Below the pieces are notes generated by a model. It made no database searches and was not told the origin of the DNA. It worked only from the letters and a program-made list of their open reading frames with translations. Of a stretch of 64,000 bases of DNA, positions 13,770 to 26,559 are shown one piece after another. The DNA lies in NCBI RefSeq assembly GCF_009914755.1, contig NC_060931.1, one strand, 5' to 3'. The DNA comes from the human T2T-CHM13v2.0 reference genome, Homo sapiens. Each line of letters begins with the position of its first letter. The stretch's first letter is position 1. The position numbers and the translations under genes are program-made.

Positions 13770-14300
13770 AATTTATTTATATCTCAAATATTTATTGGGC
13801 ACATGTTGTTTGCCCAGAATTCTTCTAGGGGCAGAGGACACAGCAGTGACTAAACAGAATAAACCTCTGCCCTTATGTAGCTGACATAGTTTGAGGAAGC
13901 AAAATATATGGCATATTCTATCTATGGAAAATAATTGTTGTGGAGGAAAGTAAAGCAAGGAAGTCAAGTAGGAATTGTAAATGGGGAAGGCAAGAGGATC
14001 ATAATTTCAAATAGAGAAGGTGAGCAAAACCTCAAGGAGATGTGGATGTCAGGAAAATGAATGCCCTGCTCCTGCTTTCCATGTTGCAGGAGGAACAAGG
14101 AGGCCAGCGTGGCAGCAGGGAGGAAAGTGGAGCAGAGCAGGCAATGAAGGCCAGCAGTAAGTGAGGAGGGGACGATCCTGTAGCACCTGCGGGTTGGGTT
14201 CGCTCTGAATAAGGGAAAACAGTGGATAATTTGGAGTAGAGAAAGTACATGATGTGACTTGTATTTTAAATGGGTCCTCTGGTTGCTCTGTTGATTAGAG
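13770..14300 (-). mobile_element. L2 3' end
   Basis: CAAATATTTATTGGGCACATG...CTAGGGGCAGAGGACACAGCAGTGA...GATGTGACTTGTATTTTAAA is reverse-strand L2. Confidence 0.8.
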
Positions 14301-16919
14301 CTGTGAATCATCTGGAATGGCAGTGGGCTTGTTGCCTCTAGTTGGAGGCATTTTTGGTTAGACAAAATAACTTCACAATTTGATTTTAGAAAATACTATT
14401 TGTATTCCCCAAAAAGGGTCTTTTTAGGTTTTAATTAAACTTCTTTCATTTCCACATAAGCACATCTTTTAAAGTCTTCAGCATACCTCTCATCCTCACT
14501 GCTACCATGAGAAATTCACCTTCAGGAAGCTTTCTGGGTTAGATAGAGTTTAAGTGGCCAACGAATCATCTTGTTCATTGACTGTTCTCAAGTGCAGCTT
14601 ACATTGATCTGCTTGCATTCTTACTTTTCCTTCCTTGATATATGTTCTTTCTATTGAAGACTAAGGTGAAATGTATTTGCGAGAGAAATCTGTCATAGAT
14701 TTCCTATACTTTCCTTTGCATTCCATTATATTTTGAATTATGTATCTAATTAGGTCTAACACCCATTATATTATGAAAACCTATGCCATATAATATTGAA
14801 AATTGTGTTTTACTGCTGTGTCATTTAAACAACCAACTCTAGAAAAATTTCAAACAGGTCTTTAACCTACCCTGGTAGGTCTGAAACTTTTTGAGGTACA
14901 TTTTATATTTACATTAGTCTTATAAATATCTAGAATTCTGACCTAAATTTAGCTCTGCTATTGCAAGTAATTACGAATAGATAGCTACTTTACAATCCAA
15001 GTTGTGGGTTTCCTTGCTTAAAACCTATTTAAGCATGGGGACTTGAAATCGGTATGACATTTATAAACTGACATATCTGTTCATCACTTTTTAATAAGGT
15101 TAGTGTTTTTCAGAGCATGTTGCCATGATTGCCATGCCATTTAGGAGAGGCCACTCATTGGTTCAGTATTCATAGGTTATTGTAAAAAAATTACATAATG
15201 CCCCATTGAAGATGAAGTGAATCCAGCACACCTGGGAATGAGTCACAGTTTTCTTTGATCTCTGATAAACACTTACTTTAAGAATCTGAAAGGTGTTTTC
15301 TTTTTAACGTTTGATTCAAGTAGTTTAGTCAACAAACTAAACTTAATAAGTAAACCAGATAAAATAAAATTTGCAATCTGTTATGTCAGCTCCTTGGCTC
15401 AGGTTATGCCAAATTACCAGATAATGGATGATTATACAATCATGTGTTGTATGATACAATCAACCAAGATTAATATAATTTAATTAACTAAATTGAAGTG
15501 AGGCAACCACTCTGAATATTCTTGAAATTATTAACCTTCAAGAAAATTAAGGGTTTAATTGAAATAATTCAGGGAATGCCTTTTACTGTTATCTTCTATT
15601 TCAAACAAACTCTAAGATCTATTGGGTATTTGACCTGATATATTGAGGTCTCCTACATAAATTTCTAAAACTATAATCATAATAAATCCCATTTTTGTGG
15701 AGTACTTTTCTAAGACCACCACCCTCCTTAAATAAACTAAAACAGACTATAACTTATTAAGGCTGTGAACTGGCTGGAATATATTCTTTTCACTGTTGCC
15801 ATAATTAGATAATGAAAAATGAAAATGCTTGGATTCTCACAAAACAATGCACACATAAAAGGCATACCAGTTTGGTTCTGTTTATTCACAATATTACCAC
15901 CCCCTGTGCCCACCATTTAGGACCCCTTTGACTATGTAAAAATTCAAATCCAGTTATGCCCTGCTGCTCTGAGCCAGGGGTATGAGACTCACAACATTCC
16001 CTAAATGATAAACACAACTGTCTCAAAGAGTATAGCTTGATATAAAAAATGGCTTAGAGAACTGTGGAAAATACTGAAATTTTAGAGACAGATGTTTTTC
16101 TGATGGGATTTTCTATGAAGGCAATGAGGAAATGGTTCATCTTGCTTCCAAGGAAATAGGATGCCAGGTCTATTCTAACACTCTCCCATGATAATACTGC
16201 AGAGATAGGAAATAGATTGAAATTTTTTTCTGGTTTGACTGTATCTGTCATTTATAATTGCATAGTTACTCTGATTACCTAAGCCAACCTTCCTTAGCTA
16301 TCTTTTTCAGTCTTGATGTAATACCTTCCATATGCATGTCTAGGAAAATATTTGTATAGGTGTGCATGTGTGTTATGTATTGATTTTTTAAAAATCATTT
16401 GTTTAGTAAATAAAAAAACTGGTAGAGATTGTCTTTTGGTTAAGAGGTCATAAATTTGAAAGGTTTGCTTCTGAAAGAATTTGTTGAAATTTTCTGACTG
16501 TTATGGGAAAATGGGCATTCAACCCTACACAGATCATTGGGAAAATGAACCAGATTCAAGACCTCAGCTATAAAAGTCACAGAGAGCATGAACTTTTGTC
16601 TGGGGTTTTATTGTAGTGTCTCACAGCTGCATAATAATCACCTTTGCAGAAAATAGAGGCATTCAGGTACTCAAAGAATGACTCTCATTTTGGAGACTCA
16701 AAAGGTTTTATATTTTCATTAGAAAAGAGGCACTTTTCTATACCATAGGATATACAAATATTGCATCATATCTATCGTTCAGTAAGCTTTCAATAAATAG
16801 TTGTTACTTTGTGAGTTGATAAAAGAAGTTGATAAATGAAAAAATACAAGTTTTTGATTTGCTTTTTTTGGCAACATAAGGTTATTTGGAAATTAAACAT
16901 TATTTAACAAGTGAATTAC

Positions 16920-17040
16920 TTGTTTATTTATTCATCAAATACTCCTTGCCTTCGACTTAACCAATGCCGGTTACTTAGGAGAAAACAGTGAATCAGATGG
17001 ACATCATCCCTGATCTCATGGTGTTTATAATCTAATGGGT
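16920..17040 (-). mobile_element. L2 3' fragment
   Basis: TTATTCATCAAATA...CAGTGAATCAGATGGACATCATCCCTGATCTCATGG...TATAATCTAATGGG. Confidence 0.6.
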
Positions 17041-17169
17041 TATGCTGTTAGGATTAAACATGTAGGTTACAGACACATAGTCTGAAGGTTTCTTAAACTA
17101 GTATCCGTACTAAATTTGTATTCAATGGATGTTTTCTAGTCAATTAGTGCCTTGCTGAGCATGCCGTCA

Positions 17170-17320
17170 GTTTTGAAGTTTAGTTATACATTAGTGGTAT
17201 CCAGGGAATTTGTATATACAGATTTACAGACCCTAAACCAGACCTACTGAATCAGAATCTCTACAGTTGAGACCTGGAAGTCTGAATATTTAAGGAACTC
17301 TGTGGGTTTGTCTGATAAAG
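17170..17320. mobile_element. MER5A-type hAT DNA transposon
   Basis: CCAGACCTACTGAATCAGAATCTCT, the MER5A core motif. Confidence 0.7.
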
Positions 17321-17997
17321 CTAAGCTGGCATTCACAAATCAGTATTCACGGAAAGATAGAAATCTGAAATCAGTATTCATATAAAGTTTTATGTTCATG
17401 CCAAAACAAAAGTAAATATCAATGGGCTATTGTTCTGTGTCAAATCATTTCATGGGAGAGGTGATCAAAGTAGGCTCAGTCATTGGCCCTACCTCATTAC
17501 ACCTAATATTACAATCTCTGTCCCTAGGGTTTGCCATTAATGTATGGATTTTACTCCCTTGAGCCTTCAGTTACTGAGTAGCATTCTCTAGACAGTGAAT
17601 CTTCTCTTCATATTTCCTTGTCATCACTCTTTTTCCTAAAGTGAAACCAACTCAGGACATAACTTTCCCAATAGAAACTTGGAGGGTTTTATTTCACTGG
17701 CTCCAATAACTTTCACTGTAACCAAAAGAATGTTGCCTTCTCTTACCATCTCTGTTCTTATTGTTTAATCCTCACCTGTATAACAATGTAATTACTCGTG
17801 TGTATAGTAAAAAAGATTCAGTTTTTGATTTCCCATGTATAAGGGATTTTGGACACAAAATCATATATTCAAAGTTACTCATAATTCTCAATCATATGGT
17901 CTCATTGCTTTCATTCTCGGATACTTAACTCTCAAAGGACCATCTCTATGAAGCTTTCAACTTTTCTCCCCGTGGGTCTGTCCACTTTAAAAGCTGG

Positions 17998-18200
17998 GCT
18001 AAGTTATCACTTAATGTCATGAATAGCTTATTGGAAATGGCAACTTTAAGCAAAACGCTGTATAAGAAAATCATTTTTTTCCTTCTCATCAACATATAAT
18101 GAAACAATGTTGAATAAAACGACATTATTTGAGGTGTCATTTTGCTTAAAATTGTGGTTTCCAAGACCCTATCAATGACATTAAATGAGGATTTACTGTA
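17998..18200. mobile_element. MER6B-like Tigger-family MITE with long inverted arms
   Basis: Arm 18000-18057 is an imperfect reverse complement of 18135-18198. The element ends ...GAGGATTTACTG|TA and carries internal TCTCATCAAC...AAACGACATTATTTGAGG. Confidence 0.75.
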
Positions 18201-20599
18201 CTAGATTCTGCCAGCCAGCTGGGCAAAGGGTCAGAACTGAGAAATAACTCGACTAGACTTTATCAAATGCTTGCATTGTTTTCCAGGAATTAGTTACTTT
18301 AGAACTCATGACCTTGGGAAAACTGCAAGCTATTCTAACCAGCAGCAAGTGGCCCTGGCTATGGTTTTGAAGAGAGGATAAGACATACTGAGCCAACAGG
18401 CTTCCCTCTAGAATGGGGTAAGGAGTGCCTTGTATCATCCTTTCTGCAAGCAGAGATCTGCTTCACTGCCTTAGAACTGCAGAGTGCACTTTTGCTGGCG
18501 GTACTCAATGCAGAGAATTAAAGACTCTCAATGAAGAGATTAAAGCAGAGAGTCTGTCCAGACAAATAACTTCTCCTGAATAGAGGGAATCTGACTTTGC
18601 ATACATTCTCCTTGTTGTATAGAGGTGAACCATCTTTATGCATAAGCATCTTTATACGTCAAGAAAGAACCACTAGTTGTTTCTGTTTTTCACGTTTTGT
18701 TTTTTAAAGGTAATAATCAATTATTAACTTAAAAAAACCTGTGTCTTATTTATTTAGCCCCAACCACTGTCCTAATGCAAAAACATCAGAGATCCCAAAT
18801 TAGAACCACTGGATTGAACCCATAAACTCCTAAATCCATTATTAATTGATTATTATTTTATACGATAAGTTTATGTGATTTGGTATACATCAAAAGATAA
18901 TCTCTCTCTTTCTCTGCTTTGCAATTTTTTAATGATGTTATTGTTGAAGGAAACCAGGTTGCTTTTCCTTTAGCATTTCCTACCGTCTAGATATTGAGAA
19001 TTGTACCCCCCCATATTGTTTAACATGTTCCTCTGTTGTATGGTTCATTTTTGAGAATAAGACACATATGTAGTTGTGTTGACAATGACAAAAAATATCT
19101 AAAATTTGGCAGTGTGAACCCCAAATCATCAACTGTGGTTAATTGCTGCATGGCGAATAATTTAATTGAAGTGTTTTTTGTTTGTTTGCTTGCCAGTTTT
19201 TGTATAGCTGTTTAGAAAAATTGATAATTAATAGTTATTGTTTTTGCCATTTATATTTAACAATGAAAACATAATATAATAAGAGTAGTAAAATTTTCCT
19301 GGAATATTTTAAGACATTTTTAGGCATTATTTTAAGAAAAGCTAAGCATTAAGAAATAGTGAAAGTTTATTGATTTTTCAGTCTTAAAAAGCTCTATCTA
19401 GTGAAAACTTACAAAGAATGATACATATTTTGGCCTCTGTCCACCAAGGAAAAATATAAAACTCTTCTTCTTTCAGGTTAATCTTCACATTGACCTGAAT
19501 CTAATGAATCTCTTGATATTTATCTCATTTTTAAAAACTGAGGTAATTATGCAGTTGCTTTTTAAAATGCTTTGGGTTGTGAGTTCTGTTTCTCTTTCAC
19601 ATTTTATAAGGCTTAGTCTGACCTATATACAGAGAGATGTGCTGTAAAAAAAATCTAAGCAAGTAGCAAAGGGGCATGCAAGTTTAAATTAATGGCTGTG
19701 GGAATTAATGAGGGTGAGAGATGATTTTTCTTTTATATGGCTTATTAGCATAATTTGAAATCAACCTAAACAACTGCTTCTGTTTTCAGCATTCTTGAAT
19801 TTTGCAGTATTTTCAGCATCCTTCTGAAGGCTAACAACCACCAGGCAATTAGTTTTTGATCTTTTTGCTTGAATTGCCATTGTTTTCATAAATGCTTGAG
19901 CTAAGCAAAAACAGCCTGTATGAGGTTCCTTCTCTAAAACTTTACTTCTTTTATACACATTTTAATTCACATTTATAGGAGAGACTATCAGCATGTCAGG
20001 ATGGAAGTTTATTAAGACATTGGAATGCTCACATTGGACCAGCAATGCAGAAAATTGCAGCAGTGTTTCTCAACCAAACCTTTGGCTGACGCAAATGCTT
20101 GGCTTTTATTTAATTGAGGCGAATACAAAGCTGATTTAGAATGCCACCTATTTTTGTTATTTGAGTAGCCTACATTCTTAATAATCTAATTTCCATTGTG
20201 TGATGGCCCAGGGCAAAGTGCTTACTTGGAGAGGAGCAATTTGTGAACACAGATGGGCTTGAATTGAAACAGCCAGATCTCCTGTGACCTCCCTGAGGTT
20301 GCATTGTCCACCTGAGAGACCCCAATTGCAGCTTAGCCTCGCTATGTCCTAACCTCTTCTCACTTCCCCTTCTCACAGTCCTAAATTCTTTTCTAAATAA
20401 GTCTGAATGTCTGGTTAAGAATAACTGCTGTGTCTTTATTATCACAAAGTGGGCATTTAAATTATAACTCCAGTATAAGTCATCCCCGAAAGAAAAGCTG
20501 GTCTCTAAGGCTTTTATAAAGTCTTTAATTTCAATAGTATTACATGTCTCAGGCTAATTCCCTCATTCCTTCTTCTTTTTTTTGCTTGTTCATTTGTTT

Positions 20600-21110
<511 letters not shown>

Positions 21111-21269
21111 ACTCATCCTGGGTACTTTTCACTCTTCTGTGTGGTTGTAGCCATATTCCCCTTTTATTCCAAAGTAGGTCATAGTCTCAAGGAAAAAACT
21201 GTACTTTCACTGCTTATTAATAGTTGCCATGACTTTGAGCCTCCAGGCTAAATGAGCTATCCCTTCTGT

Positions 21270-21420
21270 ACCACAATTGCATTTTGAACACTGAACAGTA
21301 CTCTTAACTCATAAATACGTGTGGCTCTCCTATTAGTTAGGCTGTGAGCTCTTTAACACAAGAACTACATTAATCTTGGTATCTGTAGTGTCTGACACAC
21401 AGTAATTATTCAATAAATGA
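21270..21420 (+). mobile_element. L2 3' fragment
   Basis: GGCTGTGAGCTCTT...TCTGACACACAGTAATTATTCAATAAATG. Confidence 0.6.
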
Positions 21421-21554
21421 GATGCCCTTCCCTGAACTAGTAAGTTTACTCTTTGCTCCACCTGCCATCAGTTCCTCATCCTCCTCTATTGAATTTTAGA
21501 TAAAAGTGGAGGTAATACATAGAAGACTTTATTTATTAGAAACAAGATATAACT

Positions 21555-21886
<332 letters not shown>

Positions 21887-22228
21887 TCAATAAAAAGGTG
21901 GAGTACATTTACTGTAATGTAACAATAAACAAATAATGTATTTCATATGCTACTCTGCTCATCTCTGGTAACGCTTGGTTTCCAAACATTGTCCTAAGTT
22001 TATATTCCAAACTTCCAGCATAAAATTTCAGAAAGTACAAAGGTAGTATTTTCCCTGACAACATTATTGATGTATGGTTGACTAGGTATTGATAAGGAAG
22101 GAAACCTTATTTACACAATAAGATGAGATTTAGCATGAATAAGCGTAGAAACTTACATTTTAATAATAAAAATCAATCATATACGTCAAGAAAAGAATAA
22201 TGCAAGCTTGACAGAAGTTCATATGTAA

Positions 22229-22486
22229 CACTTTGGGAGGCTGAGGCAGGCTGATCACTTGAGGTCAGGAGTTAAAGATAGCCTGGCCAACATGGTGAAA
22301 CCCTGTCTCTACTAAAAATACAAAGATTAGTCGGATGTGGTGGTGTGTGCCTGTAATTCCAGCAATTTGGGTGGCTGAGGCGTGAGAATTGCTTGAACCT
22401 GGGAGGCGGAGGTTGCATTGAGCCAAGATAGCACCACTGCCCTTCAGCCTAGGGGACAGAGTGAGACTCTGTCTCAAGAAAGAAAA
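22229..22486 (+). mobile_element. 5'-truncated AluS (Sz/Sx)
   Basis: Begins at CACTTTGGGAGG; TSD AAGTTCATATGTAA (22215-22228) / AAGTTCATTTGCAA (22487-22500). Confidence 0.92.
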
Positions 22487-22759
22487 AAGTTCATTTGCAA
22501 AATATTCAGAAATTTTAAATTATCTCCAAGCCTATCATAATCCGAAGGTGCAGAAAAGTATCCATCAAAAAATGGAGTGTGCAGATCATGATTAATAAAA
22601 ATATCAGGTTTTGCCGTTTACTATTTTTCTCACATTGGACCTTTGTTTTCCTTTCTGTTCTAAAATGAAAATGATACATATTAGTTGTCATTTTATAACA
22701 ATATACTCATGAGTGTTTACTTCTTCCTACATAAACTGCAAGGGTCTACGACATGCTTA

Positions 22760-22960
22760 GACCATTGGATAGCCACATTTTCCAAAGGATATTGTACATT
22801 CACAAAAATATAATGAGATTGTGAAAAGGTCTGAAAATCAGTCCATACAATGAATAACTGAACAACTTAGGATGCCTAGCTTGTGGAATAGAAGACTATT
22901 TTGAAATAGAGGTGCATACCATGTGGAAAATGCTCAATTTATGCTGTACTTCTATAGAGA
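22760..22960 (+). mobile_element. L3/CR1 LINE fragment
   Basis: GTGAAAAGGTCTGAAAATC...TGAATAACTGAACAACTTAGGATGCCTAGCTTGTGGAATAGAAGACT resembles the CR1/L3 ORF2 3' region. Confidence 0.6.
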
Positions 22961-23103
22961 AAATTTATAAGAAGAAAGTGCTCAGTTCATTAAATGAAAG
23001 AAAGGGTTAGTAATTAGCAGACTTGGAATAAACAATTTGGGAAATATTAAATTTAATGTAACCAGTACTATTCAAATAATAATCTGTTAAGGATGCTATA
23101 GAA

Positions 23104-23220
23104 CACTGCTTCTCACATTTTATTACACATAAGAACCACTTGGGAATCTTGTTAAACTGCAGATTCTGAGTCAGTAGATCTGGGGACTGCGATACCACAT
23201 TTCTAACAAGCTCCCAGGAA
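23104..23220. mobile_element. MER5-type hAT transposon fragment
   Basis: GAACCACTTGGGAATCTTGTTAAACTGCAGATTCTGAGTCAGTAGATCTGGGG...TTTCTAACAAGCTCCCAGG. Confidence 0.75.
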
Positions 23221-23529
23221 ACTGTCCTCACAACTACTACCCAGGTTAAGAAACAGAACATTGCCAAGCTGTTCCAGCATCTCCTACATGTGCCGTATCT
23301 CATTTATAGCCTTCTACTTCCCTAAAGTGTAACCACTATCCTGAAGTTTATGGTAACCATTTTTTTCCTTTTTGCATTTCTTTGTGTATTTATTATCCAG
23401 ATGTGAATTTCTAGAATCTATAGTGTAGTCTTGGCCAACTTTTAAGTTGATATATCTTTTGTTTTTATATATATATAAAATATATATTAAATTTTATATA
23501 TATATTTCATATATATAAATATATATTAA

Positions 23530-23881
23530 TTTATTTCCACAGATTTTTGGGTAACAGGTGGTATTTGGTTACACGAGTAAGTTCTTGAGTGCTGATTTGT
23601 GAAATTTTGGTGCACCCATTACCCAAGCAGTATACACTGAACCCAATTTGTAGTCTTTTTCCCTCAAACTCCACCCACCCTTTCCCCCAAGTCCCCAAAG
23701 TCCATTGTATCCTTCTTATGCCTTCGCATCCTTATAGCTTAGCTCCTACTTATGAGTGAGAACATATGATGTTTGGCTTTGCATTACTGAGTTACTTCAC
23801 CTAGAATAGAAGTCTGCAGTTCCATTCAGGTTGCTGTGAATGCCATTAATTCATTCCTTTTTTATGGCTGAGTAGTATTCC

Positions 23882-23927
<46 letters not shown>

Positions 23928-24110
23928 ATCACAATGTCTTTTTCCAGTGGTTGATTGATGGTCATTTGGGCTGGTTCCATATTTTTGCAATTGCAAATTG
24001 TGCTGCTATAAACATGCATGTGCAAGTATCTTTTTCATATAATGACTTCTTTTCCTCTGAATAGATAGCCAGTAGTGGGATTGCTGGATCAAATGGTAGT
24101 TCTACTTTTG
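23530..24110 (-). mobile_element. L1PB 3' end
   Basis: TTTTTGGGTAACAGGTGGTATTTGGTTACA...TTTTGGTGCACCCATTACCCAAGCAGTATACACTG is an L1PB terminus, preceded by a TA-rich tail at 23466-23527. Confidence 0.88.
23883..23926. repeat. (TCTA)11 tetranucleotide microsatellite
   Basis: 11 uninterrupted TCTA units counted directly. Confidence 0.97.
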
Positions 24111-25244
24111 TTTCGTATTCTACCACTATCCTTTTCTTTTCCTCACAATTTATCTATTGAAGAACCTGGGACAGTTTATCTGCAGTTTCCTGCATCTGGA
24201 TTTTGTTGTTGACTAATGGCGCAATTTGACAGGTTCCTCTGCCTTTTTTTTCTGGAAATTGGCAACGTTATTCAGAAATCTAATCAGACTCAGTTTTGAT
24301 CCCTTTGCAAAGACTATGTATAGATGGTAGTGTGTTTTTTCATCAGAGAATCCATAATGCGTGATTGTCCTTCCTTTTTGAGTTACCAGCCATTAATTCT
24401 CAATATCTGGTTCATTAATTAATTGGGGAAGACAAAATAGTGATATTCTTATGTTTTATCATTTCATTTACATTTATTAACTTAGATGATTTTTATAAGA
24501 ATATGCTTCCTTTCATCTTTTATGATAGTGTCATTTTATATAGGAAAGGAAGAATATGTTTTTAATATTTTTATCTTATTTGTCCATTTTCAACATTTAT
24601 AAATTAAGTTCCTGTCATCACCTTGAGAAACTAGGTAGTTTTAAAAAAATCATATGTCATTATGAACTGATGAACTGAACATTTTTTTATATTCAATGCA
24701 TTGTAATTCTTATTGTAACTCAAACTCAAATTGCCCCATTTTTTGGCTAGTGGGAATCTGTTTAAGTTGGCTCCTGAGGTTTTTTTTAGCAGAGTAGTCT
24801 ATGGAAGCTTGCTAGGTGTCTGGTATGTCAAAATGTTCCAGGCTCATTCAGAGTATTTCCTGACCCAGGCCTGGATTCAGCCATGTATCCAAGAAGCTCT
24901 GGTTTCTTTTAATAGGAAATAGTATTTTATGACAACTCTCTGGAATAAGTTGCTACTAAGTTGTTAGTGTTTCTAGAATGTCTTAGATAAAGCTAGGATA
25001 TGATGTATTTAGAGATAAAGGAATTAGAGATAAAGTAATTTATGCATAAGTTTGATATTGTCAATTCAGATTGAGGATTAAGAAGCTTTTTCCTAAACTC
25101 CTCTATATAAATTTTTATTTTTTCTTCCATGCTGAGAATCCTGGTTCTTAAGAACACAGAGATGAAAGTATCCGACAATAGTTCATTTATTAAAATTCTC
25201 ACATTACACATATAACTTCATACCAATAATACTACTATTTTCTA

Positions 25245-25560
25245 ATTTTTTAAATGAAAAAGTGTATATATTTGTGGTGTACAATATTATGTTTGATATA
25301 TGTATACATTGCAGAATGGCTAAATCAAGCTTATTTAGCATATGGATTATCTCACATACTTATTTTTTGTGGTGAGAACACAAAACCTACTCTTAGAAAT
25401 TTTCAACTATAAAATATATTGTTATTAACCATAGTTGTCATGACATACAATAAATCTCTTGAACTTATTTCACCTTTCTAGCTGAAATATTGTATCCTTT
25501 GATGAATATCTCCCTAATCCCTCCATCCCCCAGCCTTGGATACCACTAGTTTTGATTATT
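25245..25560 (-). mobile_element. L1MA 3' end
   Basis: GTATACATTGCAGAATGGCTAAATCAAGC...TTTTGTGGTGAGAACA...AAATCTCTTGAACTTATT. Confidence 0.8.
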
Positions 25561-25879
25561 CCTCATGATGAGGTCGTATCCTGCAAGACAGTCCTGACAG
25601 AATAGTTTTGAGACACGCAGAAGTTAGATTACTGTAGACCCTTCAGAACATTTTACCGTGGGTATCCCACAGTCACCCTTATTACGAATGGACAATGGTC
25701 CTTCCATTTTCTAAAGTTATTTTCAAATTGGGCTGCCTCTTTACAGTGAGTACCTGTTGGCTAATAGCAATTTTTGCTTCTAAAATTTGTCAGATTCTCT
25801 GTTGCTTCCCATGCTTTCTCCTGCACAGATGCTAAGTTATAGATCTTACTGCTGTTGGTGGCTTATCTCTCTACCTGTT

Positions 25880-26480
25880 GTATTTTTAAAATCCACATTA
25901 TCAAAAAATAATTTACATACAGTGAAATGTATTAATTTCAAGGGTACAAATTTATGAGTTTTGACAGTCAACATAGAGAAAAATCTCAATTGTCCCTAAA
26001 ACTTCCCTGTGCCCTTTGATTTTCATACCACATACCTCAGGCCCTAGACAAACTCCATCTGCTTTCTGGTAATATAATTAGTTTTATTATTTAGAAGTCC
26101 GTATAAGTGATATCACACCAAATGCATTCTTTCTTGGCTGACTTCTTTAGCATAAAGAAAATATTATGACTTTGAAATATGTCTACCTGATTGCATTAAT
26201 GAGAAATCTGTTCCTTTTCATTACTGAGTGATTTTCCATTGTTTAGATGTACCATAATTTGTGTATCATTCACTTGTTGGTGCACATTTTAATGGTGTCC
26301 AGTTTTTGGCTTGCCTGGATGGATTCTGGATGTGAAGTCTATGGTGATCCTTTGTTTCCCTGTACATGTATCTTTTCCCTCTGGCTGCTTTTATCATTTT
26401 CTTGTAGTCATTTGCTTTACACTGTGTTAACTAAAATCTGTCACGTTGGAATCATTTTCTTTCTTTACTTGGTTCACATA
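25880..26480 (-). mobile_element. L1ME fragments
   Basis: TAATTTACATACAGTGAAATG...ATGAGTTTTGACA...TTCCATTGTTTAGATGTACCATAATTTG. Confidence 0.65.
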
Positions 26481-26559
26481 TGTTTCCATTAATGTGGTAG
26501 TATGAGAAGGGAGGATTTACTATAGTTTCAAAATATATTTACCAAATAAGTGAGGTGAC

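Larger units (their letters stand above)
23225..25240 (-). mobile_element. Old L1M (L1MC/L1ME) 3' region interrupted by an L1PB insertion
   Basis: AAGAAACAGAACATTGCC, AACCACTATCCTGA, TTAAGTTGGCTCCTGAG and ATGTTCCAGGCTCATT are L1MC/ME-type 3'UTR motifs. Confidence 0.6.
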
